32,000 nucleotides of DNA from Mycolicibacterium smegmatis. Its GTDB lineage: Bacteria; Actinomycetota; Actinomycetes; Mycobacteriales; Mycobacteriaceae. Of this stretch, positions 8,347 to 17,692 are shown in pieces. Under the pieces are notes generated by a model. That model had not been told where the DNA came from. It did not search any database and was given only the letters and a program-made list of their open reading frames with translations. The position numbers and the translations under genes are program-made. Position 1 is the stretch's first letter. Each line of letters opens with the position of its first letter. The DNA lies in the NCBI RefSeq assembly GCF_001457595.1, contig NZ_LN831039.1, forward strand, positions 6,150,001-6,182,000, read 5' to 3'.

Positions 8347-8559
8347 CTAGTGGCACGGGAAGCCGAGCAGGTGCCGGGCATCGTGCACGAACTCGTGCAC
8401 GTAGGTGTTGTTGCCGAACACCGAGGTCGCGCCCTGATCGAGGCCGACGAAGTACAGCACCGCCAGGGCCAGGAAGGCCGTGACGGACAGCCACAGCGCG
8501 GCCTTGGTGGCCGAGAGGTCGAGTGCCGGGGCGACGCTCTGGTGAGCCGGAGAAGTCAT
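8347..8559 (-). CDS. cbtB: putative cobalt transporter subunit CbtB
   Basis: The 70-aa product from ATG 8559 has one TM helix (AALWLSVTAFLALAVLYFVGL) and the CbtB signature C-terminus HEFVHDARHLLGFPCH. The SD AAAGGA lies 8 nt upstream. The longer track ORFs (8347..8655, 8330..8701) would translate the riboswitch. Confidence 0.8.
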   Translation of the reverse strand: MTSPAHQSVAPALDLSATKAALWLSVTAFLALAVLYFVGLDQGATSVFGNNTYVHEFVHDARHLLGFPCH

Positions 8560-8695
8560 GTAGAAGATCCTTTCTGGGATACCGCGTCCCAGTTCGAAGG
8601 AGTGACAAACGCAGGGTCTGACTTTCACAGTGGCGCGACCGTTCTGGATTCTCACCAGATTCCGGCGTCTGTCGATTACAGCAGCATCCTAAGCC
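8560..8695 (-). promoter_or_regulatory. cobalamin (B12) riboswitch in the cbtB-cbtA leader, with an RBS-sequestering expression platform
   Basis: The minus strand reads ...GCCGGAAUCUGGUGAGAAUCCAGAACGGUCGCGCCACUGUGAAAGUCAGACCCUGCG.... This contains the conserved GGUGAGAAUCC (8656..8646), GCCACUG (8633..8627) and a B12-box-like AGUCAGACCCUGC (8622..8611). Downstream, UCCUU...CUGGGA-CGCGGUA-UCCCAG-A-AAGGA can pair the SD. The 5' boundary is not determined. Confidence 0.75.
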
Positions 8696-8701
8696 ACACA
8701 A

Positions 8702-8729
8702 AAGACCCCCGGTGATTACCGGGGGTCTT
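8702..8729 (-). terminator. intrinsic terminator of clpC1
   Basis: A perfect 12-bp stem, aagacccccggt / accgggggtctt, with a 4-nt loop lies 43 nt downstream of the clpC1 stop. On the minus strand it is followed by UUUUGUGUG. Confidence 0.8.
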
Positions 8730-8771
8730 CTGCAACTCAGTGTTCACCTGAAGGCGGTCACCGCGACACGC

Positions 8772-11318
<2,547 letters not shown>

Positions 11319-11521
11319 CGGTGGTTACCTGCTTCCATCACGTAGCGGTACCGACACACATCAGACCTTGTGCAGTCGGAGTGCGTAGTACCTGCCGTCC
11401 ACTCTAATGGGCGGCCGCGCCGGGCGCGGAGGTTGGCGGGCCGTTCCGCTCTGGATTACCCGGTGCTGTGGATATGCAACGCAGTCTTTACGCAGATCGT
11501 TTCCCGATCGGGCACCGAAAC

Positions 11522-11538
11522 AGTTCGCCAGAAGCGAA
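11522..11538. promoter_or_regulatory. candidate ClgR operator (CGC-N5-GCG type) upstream of clpC1
   Basis: AGTTCGCCAGAAGCGAA contains GTTCGC-N5-GCG. It fits all but one specified position of the corynebacterial ClgR consensus WNNWCGCYNANRGCGWW as I remember it. It lies about 200 nt upstream of the clpC1 ATG, and clpC is a known ClgR target in actinobacteria. The motif is short, so a chance match is possible. Confidence 0.35.
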
Positions 11539-11570
11539 AAACGCCGGACCGGTGAAAGCCCGGTCCGGCG
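11537..11570 (-). terminator. intrinsic terminator of lsr2
   Basis: An 11-bp GC-rich stem, cgccggaccgg (11542-11552) / ccggtccggcg (11560-11570), has a 7-nt loop. It begins 17 nt after the lsr2 stop and is followed on the minus strand by UUUUU (11541-11537). Confidence 0.8.
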
Positions 11571-11586
11571 CGCTGGCAACCTTCCG

Positions 11587-11931
11587 CTACGTTGCCGCGT
11601 GGAATGCGTCGATCACGTCGGCGGGGATCCGGCCGCGCGTCGACACATTGTGCCCGTTGCGGCGGGCCCATTCCCGGATCGCGGCGCTCTGCTCACGGTC
11701 GATGGCACCGCGACCACGGGTCGTGGTGGTGGCGGCGCGACCGCGTTTACGTCCGCCGACGCGACGGCCCGCCTCGACCCACTGCTTCAGATCGTTGCGC
11801 AACTTCGCGGCGTTTTTTGCGGAAAGGTCGATCTCATAGGTCACACCGTCGAGGCCGAATTCCACCGTTTCGTCGGCCGTGGCCTCACCGTCGAAATCAT
11901 CGACAAGCGTGACGGTCACTTTCTTTGCCAT
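11587..11931 (-). CDS. lsr2: nucleoid-associated protein Lsr2 (H-NS-like xenogeneic silencer)
   Basis: 114 aa. [52 protein letters not shown] forms the dimerisation domain. A basic linker follows, then a C-terminal DNA-binding domain with the RGR AT-hook-like clamp ([14 protein letters not shown]). Confidence 0.97.
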   Translation of the reverse strand: MAKKVTVTLVDDFDGEATADETVEFGLDGVTYEIDLSAKNAAKLRNDLKQWVEAGRRVGGRKRGRAATTTTRGRGAIDREQSAAIREWARRNGHNVSTRGRIPADVIDAFHAAT

Positions 11932-12046
11932 TCCCGGGCACCGACCCTTCTGCTAGAGCATTGGTGACTTCTTCGAGTATCTCGCACCCCGGCACCAATG
12001 TGCCACATTGACGCGGGTTCTATCAACAACGCTCAGATCACGCCAG

Positions 12047-13570
12047 TCAGTTGCTGTGACGCCGAACAATCGGGAACAAAACGGTCTCCCTAATAGACAA
12101 CCCTGTCAACGCCATCATCAACCTATCGATGCCCATTCCGGTTCCCGTGGTCGGCGGCATCGCGAACTCCAATGCGGCCAGGAAATCCTCGTCGAGAACC
12201 ATTGCCTCGTCGTCGCCGGCGGCGGCGGCGCGGGCCTGGGCCTCGAAACGCTCGCGCTGGATTACCGGGTCGATGAGTTCGGAGTATCCCGTGGCGAGTT
12301 CGAATTTCCTCACATACAGGTCCCACTTCTCGGTGACCCCTGGAATGCTGCGATGCGCTCGGGTGAGTGGAGTCGTCTCGACGGGGAAGTCGCGCACGAA
12401 CGTCGGGGCCCACAACTTGTCACCGACCGTGTGTTCCCATAGTTCTTCGATCAATTTCCCGTGACCGTAACCGCGGTCACGCGGAATCTCGACCTCAAGT
12501 CGATCCGCAATCTGCCACAACTTCTCGACCGGGGTCTCGGGAGTGATCTCGTCACCGAGTGCCTCCGACAGCGATGGGTACATTTCCACCGTGTCCCATT
12601 CACCGTCGAGATCGTAGACCGTGCCATCGGGCAATGGCACCTGACGCGTGCCGATCGCTTCGTCGGCGACCTCTTGAATAAGTTCTCGGGTGACGGTCGC
12701 GGAATCGTTGTAGTCACCGTAAGCCTGATATGTCTCCAACATCGCGAATTCCGGCGAGTGTGTGGAATCCACACCCTCATTGCGAAAGTTGCGATTCAAC
12801 TCGAAAACCTTCTCAAATCCGCCCACGAGGCAGCGCTTGAGGAACAGTTCCGGCGCGATCCTCAGGTACAGATCGATGTCGAGCGCATTGGAGTGCGTGA
12901 TGAACGGGCGCGCGGCGGCACCGCCGGCGAGCGTCTGCAGCATCGGGGTCTCGACCTCGAGGAATCCGCGCCGTTCGAGCGCCGAACGCACAGCGCGGAC
13001 CACCGCGACGCGCTGGCGGGCGATGGTGCGGGCCTCGGGCCGGACGATGAGGTCGACATAGCGCTGACGCACGCGCGCTTCTTCGCTCATTTCTTTGTGA
13101 GCAACCGGAAGTGGCCGCAGCGCCTTTGCCGCCATCTGCCATCTGTCGGCCAGCACCGACAATTCGCCACGCTTGGAACTGATGACTTCGCCGTGGACGA
13201 ACACGATGTCACCGAGGTCCACGTCACTCTTCCAGGAGTCGAGTGCCTCCTGGCCCACCTGAGCGAGGCTGATCATCACCTGCAGTTGGGTGCCGTCGCC
13301 CTCCTGCAGGGTCGCGAAGCACAACTTGCCCGAGTTGCGGGCAAACACCACGCGGCCGGAGACCCCGACGATCTGGCCGGTCGCGGTGTCGGCGGCCAGG
13401 TCGGGGTGGGCGCGGCGCAGTTCGGCCAGCGTGTGGGTGCGATCGACCTTCACCGGGTACGGATCGTGCCCCTGCGCCAGCAGCCGCTCCCGCTTCTCCT
13501 GACGGATTCGGAACTGCTCGGGGATATCGGCCTGGGGCTGGGACGTGTCGTCACGATCGGCTGGGGTCAC
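12047..13570 (-). CDS. lysS: lysine--tRNA ligase (class II)
   Basis: Homology to mycobacterial LysS begins at [26 protein letters not shown], followed by an OB-fold anticodon domain and a class II catalytic core. I chose GTG 13570 (507 aa, against about 505 aa remembered for Rv3598c) over the 531-aa ORF. The start is uncertain by a few codons. Confidence 0.92.
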   Translation of the reverse strand: MTPADRDDTSQPQADIPEQFRIRQEKRERLLAQGHDPYPVKVDRTHTLAELRRAHPDLAADTATGQIVGVSGRVVFARNSGKLCFATLQEGDGTQLQVMISLAQVGQEALDSWKSDVDLGDIVFVHGEVISSKRGELSVLADRWQMAAKALRPLPVAHKEMSEEARVRQRYVDLIVRPEARTIARQRVAVVRAVRSALERRGFLEVETPMLQTLAGGAAARPFITHSNALDIDLYLRIAPELFLKRCLVGGFEKVFELNRNFRNEGVDSTHSPEFAMLETYQAYGDYNDSATVTRELIQEVADEAIGTRQVPLPDGTVYDLDGEWDTVEMYPSLSEALGDEITPETPVEKLWQIADRLEVEIPRDRGYGHGKLIEELWEHTVGDKLWAPTFVRDFPVETTPLTRAHRSIPGVTEKWDLYVRKFELATGYSELIDPVIQRERFEAQARAAAAGDDEAMVLDEDFLAALEFAMPPTTGTGMGIDRLMMALTGLSIRETVLFPIVRRHSN

Positions 13571-13593
13571 GAAATCCCAGCTTAAATGAACGC

Positions 13594-14832
13594 GTGAACG
13601 CACCTCGGAACGCTCCGCGCCTGGCCGCACTCGCCGACGCACCCGTCGACTGGCGGTTCAAGGGTCTGCCCGCGTCATGGGCCGGCCGCACCCCCGCCGA
13701 CATCGTCGGAGCGCGGGTGGGGCTGTTCGACGGCGACGGCCCGCTGGGCCCGGTGTGTGTGCTGTCCGAATCCGCTGTGGCCCACAACCTTGCGACGATG
13801 GCGCGCTGGTGCGCCGAGCGCGGCGTCGAACTCGCGCCGCACGGCAAGACCCACATGGCGCCGCAACTGCTGGCCCGGCAATTCGAGGCGGGTGCGTGCG
13901 CGGTGACCGCAGCGACGGTGAGCCAGGTGCGGGTGTTCCGGGCGTTCGGGTTCGACCGCTTCGTCATCGCCAACGAGGTCACCGACCCGGCCGGACTGGC
14001 GTGGCTGGCCCACGAACTCGATGCCGATCCCGGGTTCGGGGTGGTGTGCTGGGTCGATTCGGTGGCCGGTGCCGAGCTCATGACCGCGGCTCTGCGCCGC
14101 TCGGGTGCCCGGCGCAGGCTCGACGTGTGCGTCGAGGTCGGGATGGACGGCGGCCGCACCGGCTGCCGCACCACGGCCGAAGTCGACGCCGTGGCCCGAG
14201 CCGTGGTGGACAGCCCGCGGCTGCGGCTGGTCGGGGTGTCCGGCTACGAGGCCGCGACCGGCCAGGACGTGACGCAGGAGGCGATCGACGGGGTCCGCGC
14301 CTACCTGGACGGGCTGCGGGCCGCCGTGCTGCGCCTGACCGCGCAGTTCGAGACCGACGAGGTCATCGTCACCGCGGGCGGCAGCACGTACTTCGACCAC
14401 GTCGCCGATGTGTTGACCGGAGACTGGCCCACCGGGTCGCGGGTGCGCACCATCCTGCGCAGCGGGTGTTATCTCACCCACGACGACGGGCTCTATGCCC
14501 GCACGTCGCCGCTGTCGTTGCGGGCGGCGCTGCGGGTGTGGGGGCAGGTGGTGTCGCGGCCCGAGCCCCGGCTGGCGCTGGTGGCCATGGGCAGGCGCGA
14601 CGTCTCGTTCGACCAGGGCATGCCGACGCCGCTGGGCCTACCCGGGGGTGTCGTGGACAAGCTCAACGACCAGCACGCGTTCGTGCGGCTCGGACCACAC
14701 GACACGCCCGCGGTGGGCGCGTGGCTGGAATTCGGGATCTCCCACCCGTGCACGACGTTCGACAAGTGGCAGCTGATTCCGGTGCTCGACGACGACGGCA
14801 TCGTCGTCGACCTGGTGCGGACGTTCTTCTGA
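13594..14832 (+). CDS. fold-type III PLP enzyme with an alanine-racemase-like N-terminal domain (D-serine, D-threonine or 3-hydroxyaspartate deaminase/aldolase family)
   Basis: 412-aa ORF with a GTG start. The PLP-lysine context [13 protein letters not shown] is typical of the DSD1/D-threonine aldolase family, followed by a C-terminal beta domain. I do not recall an equivalent at the M. tuberculosis locus. Substrate is unknown. Confidence 0.7.
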   Translation: MNAPRNAPRLAALADAPVDWRFKGLPASWAGRTPADIVGARVGLFDGDGPLGPVCVLSESAVAHNLATMARWCAERGVELAPHGKTHMAPQLLARQFEAGACAVTAATVSQVRVFRAFGFDRFVIANEVTDPAGLAWLAHELDADPGFGVVCWVDSVAGAELMTAALRRSGARRRLDVCVEVGMDGGRTGCRTTAEVDAVARAVVDSPRLRLVGVSGYEAATGQDVTQEAIDGVRAYLDGLRAAVLRLTAQFETDEVIVTAGGSTYFDHVADVLTGDWPTGSRVRTILRSGCYLTHDDGLYARTSPLSLRAALRVWGQVVSRPEPRLALVAMGRRDVSFDQGMPTPLGLPGGVVDKLNDQHAFVRLGPHDTPAVGAWLEFGISHPCTTFDKWQLIPVLDDDGIVVDLVRTFF

Positions 14833-15648
14833 TCAGCGGGCAGGCTTGAGCTTGCCGCGCTGATTGGCGCGGTTGCGCTCGAAGACCAGCCGCAGGCCGT
14901 CGAGCGTGAGGTGGCGGTCGTAGTGCTCGACCGTGCGCAGATCGGGAAGCACCAGCGGCGCGGTGTGCCCCGTGGCGACCACCGCGACATCGGCGCCCGA
15001 GAAACCGTCGACGTCATCGCGGATGCGGTTCACCAGGCCGTCGACCAGGCCCGCGAACCCGAACACCGCACCGGCCTGCATGCACTCGACGGTGTTCTTG
15101 CCGATCACCGAGCGGGGCCGGGTCAGCTCGACGCGGCGCAGGGCGGCCGAACGCGCCGCCGCGGCGTCGGAGGACACCTGCACGCCGGGTGCGATCGCGC
15201 CGCCGAGGAACTCGCCCTTGGCCGAGACCACGTCGACGCAGATCGACGAACCGAAGTCCACCACGATCGCCGCGGTGCCGTATTTGTGGTACGCCGCAAG
15301 GCAGTTCACGATCCGATCGGCGCCGACTTCCTTGGGGTTGTCGACCAGCAGCGGGATGCCTGTGCGCACACCGGGTTCGATCAGCACATGTGGCACGTTG
15401 GGCCAGTACTGCTCGAGCATGACCCGCACCTCGTGCAGCACCGACGGCACCGTGGACAGCCCCGAGGCACCGGTGAGGCGCTCGGCGTCGTCACCGATGA
15501 GGCCGTCGATGGTGAGCGCCAACTCGTCCGCGGTGACCTCGGGTTCGGTGCGGATGCGCCACTGCTGCACCACTTTTGCGTGGTCACCGGATCCGGAGAT
15601 GAGGCCGACGACGGTGTGGGTGTTACGGACGTCGATCGCGAGCAGCAC
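14833..15648 (-). CDS. coaX: type III pantothenate kinase
   Basis: 271 aa with a GTG start. (M)[15 protein letters not shown] is the phosphate-1 motif of the ASKHA fold. The sequence shows strong identity throughout to what I remember of Rv3600c (e.g. [40 protein letters not shown]). Confidence 0.95.
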   Translation of the reverse strand: MLLAIDVRNTHTVVGLISGSGDHAKVVQQWRIRTEPEVTADELALTIDGLIGDDAERLTGASGLSTVPSVLHEVRVMLEQYWPNVPHVLIEPGVRTGIPLLVDNPKEVGADRIVNCLAAYHKYGTAAIVVDFGSSICVDVVSAKGEFLGGAIAPGVQVSSDAAAARSAALRRVELTRPRSVIGKNTVECMQAGAVFGFAGLVDGLVNRIRDDVDGFSGADVAVVATGHTAPLVLPDLRTVEHYDRHLTLDGLRLVFERNRANQRGKLKPAR

Positions 15649-15723
15649 GGGTCTACCTCGGCGCCACGGCGGCGGACCCGGCCCGCGCCCGGTGGCTCCT
15701 GCACTTCGGCATGGTGGGCCGCA

Positions 15724-16668
15724 TCAGTTCCTCCAGGGCAGTTCGTGGTTCTGGTCGTTGCCGACCCGGGGGTGGCCGTCGATGCCCGCGGACGCACCGA
15801 CGTCGATCGCGATGTTGTCGATCAGGCGTGTGCGGCCCAGGCGCGCGGCGACCAGCAGGCGCGCCTGCCCCTCGGCCGGCGCGGGCCCGAGCATGGGGTC
15901 GCGCACCTGCAGGTAGTCGACCTCGAGGGCGGGCACCTCGTCGAGCACAGCCCGCGCCGCGTCGAGTGCGGCCTCGGCACCGCCTGCGGCGGCGTACTTC
16001 CCGGCCAGCAGGGCGGCCGACAGCGCGCCTGCCTGTTCACGCTGGTCCTTGTCGAGGTAGCGGTTGCGCGACGACAGCGCGAGGCCGTCGGATTCGCGGA
16101 CCGTGGGCACGCCGACGATCTGGACGTCGACGTTGAGGTCGGCCACCATCTGTCTCAGCAGCGTGAGTTGCTGGTAGTCCTTCTCGCCGAAGTACGCGCG
16201 GTCGGGGCGAACGATCGAGAAGAGCTTGAGCACCACAGTGAGGACACCCGCGAAATGGCCTGGGCGCGAGGAACCTTCGAGATCATCGCCGAGAGGTCCG
16301 GGGTGAACGCTGGTGCGGGTGCCGTCGGGGTACATGTCGGATCCGGTTGGCGTGAACACGATCTCGACACCCTCGGCGCGCAGCGCGGTCAGGTCGTCTT
16401 CGAGGGTGCGCGGATACGCGTCGAGGTCCTCGTTGGGCCCGAACTGCAGGGGGTTGACGAAGATCGACACCACGACCACCGCGCCGGGTGTGCGTTTGGC
16501 GGCCCGCACGAGCGTCAGGTGGCCCTCGTGCAGCGCACCCATGGTGGGCACCAGCACGATGCGCCGTCCGGCGGTCCGCAACGCCCGGGTGACCGCGGCG
16601 ACGTCGGCGGGCGCCGAGTACACGTTGAGTTCACCCGCGCTGAACTTCGGTGTTCTGCTGATCGTCAT
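15724..16668 (-). CDS. panC: pantoate--beta-alanine ligase (pantothenate synthetase)
   Basis: 314 aa. The signature [15 protein letters not shown] is present and the C-terminus ends ...WRN, as in Rv3602c. The ATG overlaps the stop of the upstream gene as ATGA. Confidence 0.96.
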   Translation of the reverse strand: MTISRTPKFSAGELNVYSAPADVAAVTRALRTAGRRIVLVPTMGALHEGHLTLVRAAKRTPGAVVVVSIFVNPLQFGPNEDLDAYPRTLEDDLTALRAEGVEIVFTPTGSDMYPDGTRTSVHPGPLGDDLEGSSRPGHFAGVLTVVLKLFSIVRPDRAYFGEKDYQQLTLLRQMVADLNVDVQIVGVPTVRESDGLALSSRNRYLDKDQREQAGALSAALLAGKYAAAGGAEAALDAARAVLDEVPALEVDYLQVRDPMLGPAPAEGQARLLVAARLGRTRLIDNIAIDVGASAGIDGHPRVGNDQNHELPWRN

Positions 16669-17612
16669 CCTCGACTCGCTTCCGACAGCACCTCGAAGAC
16701 CGCTTCGGGTGCGTGAGCACGCTGGGCGGTTCGCAGTGAATTCGCCCGATACGACTGCGCCAGTTGGGGTTCCACCTCGGCCAGGGCCGTCAGGTGCGCC
16801 GCGACGGCCGCGGCGTCACCGCGGGCGACCGGCCCGGTCAGCGCGGACTGACCGCGCTGCAACGCGTTCTCCAGGGCCGCACGGGCCAACGGTGCGATGA
16901 CACGTTCGGCGAGACCACCCGGTTCGTCACCGACGAGTTCCTGGCCCAGCAGTTCCTGCCCGCGCAGCGAGGATCGCAGCGCCTCGACCGCGTCGAGAAC
17001 CAGCGTCACCAGGTGGTTGCTGCCGTGCGCGAGTGCCGCGTGGTACTGCGCTCTGGCGTCCTCGCGCACCCGGAACGGCTCACCACCGATCTCCAGTACG
17101 AGCGACTGGCCGATGGCGTAACCGATCTCGTCGGCCGCGGTGATGCCGAAGCACGTACCGGGAAGACGCGAGATGTCCTCGTCGGAACCGGTGAACGTCA
17201 TCGCGGGGTGGATCGCCAAGGGCACGCAACCCTGCTCGGTGAGCGGGGCAAGGATGCCCACGCCGTTGGCACCCGAGGTGTGCACCACGATGGTGCCGGG
17301 CCGCACCGAACCCGTCGTCGCCAAACCTTTGACGAGGCCCGACAGTTCGGCGTCGGGAACGCTGAGCAGCAGCAGTTCGGCCCGCCGCGCGACATCGTGC
17401 ACGGGCAGGATCGCGGTGTCGGGCAGTCTGCGCTCGGCACGCTGGCGCGACGCGCGGGAGATGGCGCTGCACGCCACCACCACATGTTCGACGCGTTCCA
17501 GGGCGTATCCGAGCGCGGTACCGACCCGGCCTGCGGAGATGATCCCCACACTCAGCCGGGCCGGGCGCAGTCCGTCAGGCGGGGACCACCCGCTCTCGGG
17601 GGGCTGCTCCAT
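16665..17612 (-). CDS. Rv3603c-like Rossmann-fold / DUF2520 oxidoreductase-like protein (possible ketopantoate reductase of the PanG type)
   Basis: 315 aa. The N-terminal dinucleotide-binding motif is [14 protein letters not shown] and the C-terminal half is Ala/Leu-rich. It is translationally coupled (ATGA) to panC and syntenic with Rv3603c. The function is inferred, not demonstrated. Confidence 0.75.
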   Translation of the reverse strand: MEQPPESGWSPPDGLRPARLSVGIISAGRVGTALGYALERVEHVVVACSAISRASRQRAERRLPDTAILPVHDVARRAELLLLSVPDAELSGLVKGLATTGSVRPGTIVVHTSGANGVGILAPLTEQGCVPLAIHPAMTFTGSDEDISRLPGTCFGITAADEIGYAIGQSLVLEIGGEPFRVREDARAQYHAALAHGSNHLVTLVLDAVEALRSSLRGQELLGQELVGDEPGGLAERVIAPLARAALENALQRGQSALTGPVARGDAAAVAAHLTALAEVEPQLAQSYRANSLRTAQRAHAPEAVFEVLSEASRG

Positions 17613-17692
17613 TGCAGACGAACCTCACGGATCGAAGTGGTCGAACGTTCCGGTCCCACGCTGCGGGTACCGGACGGTGCCACGAGACTAAC

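Noticed and set aside
11340-11363. 7-codon upstream ORF (ATG TGT GTC GGT ACC GCT ACG TGA, minus strand) ending about 21 nt before the clpC1 ATG; possible regulatory leader peptide.
   Set aside because: It is very short, has no obvious SD and has no amino-acid bias that would suggest an attenuator (one Cys only). It is easily explained by chance. It would need Ribo-seq evidence.
15649-15723. Possibility that the panC-coaX spacer is a decayed panD pseudogene.
   Set aside because: 75 nt is far too short for a ~135-codon gene, and no frame gives a PanD-like peptide. Clean absence (deletion or never present) is the simpler reading.
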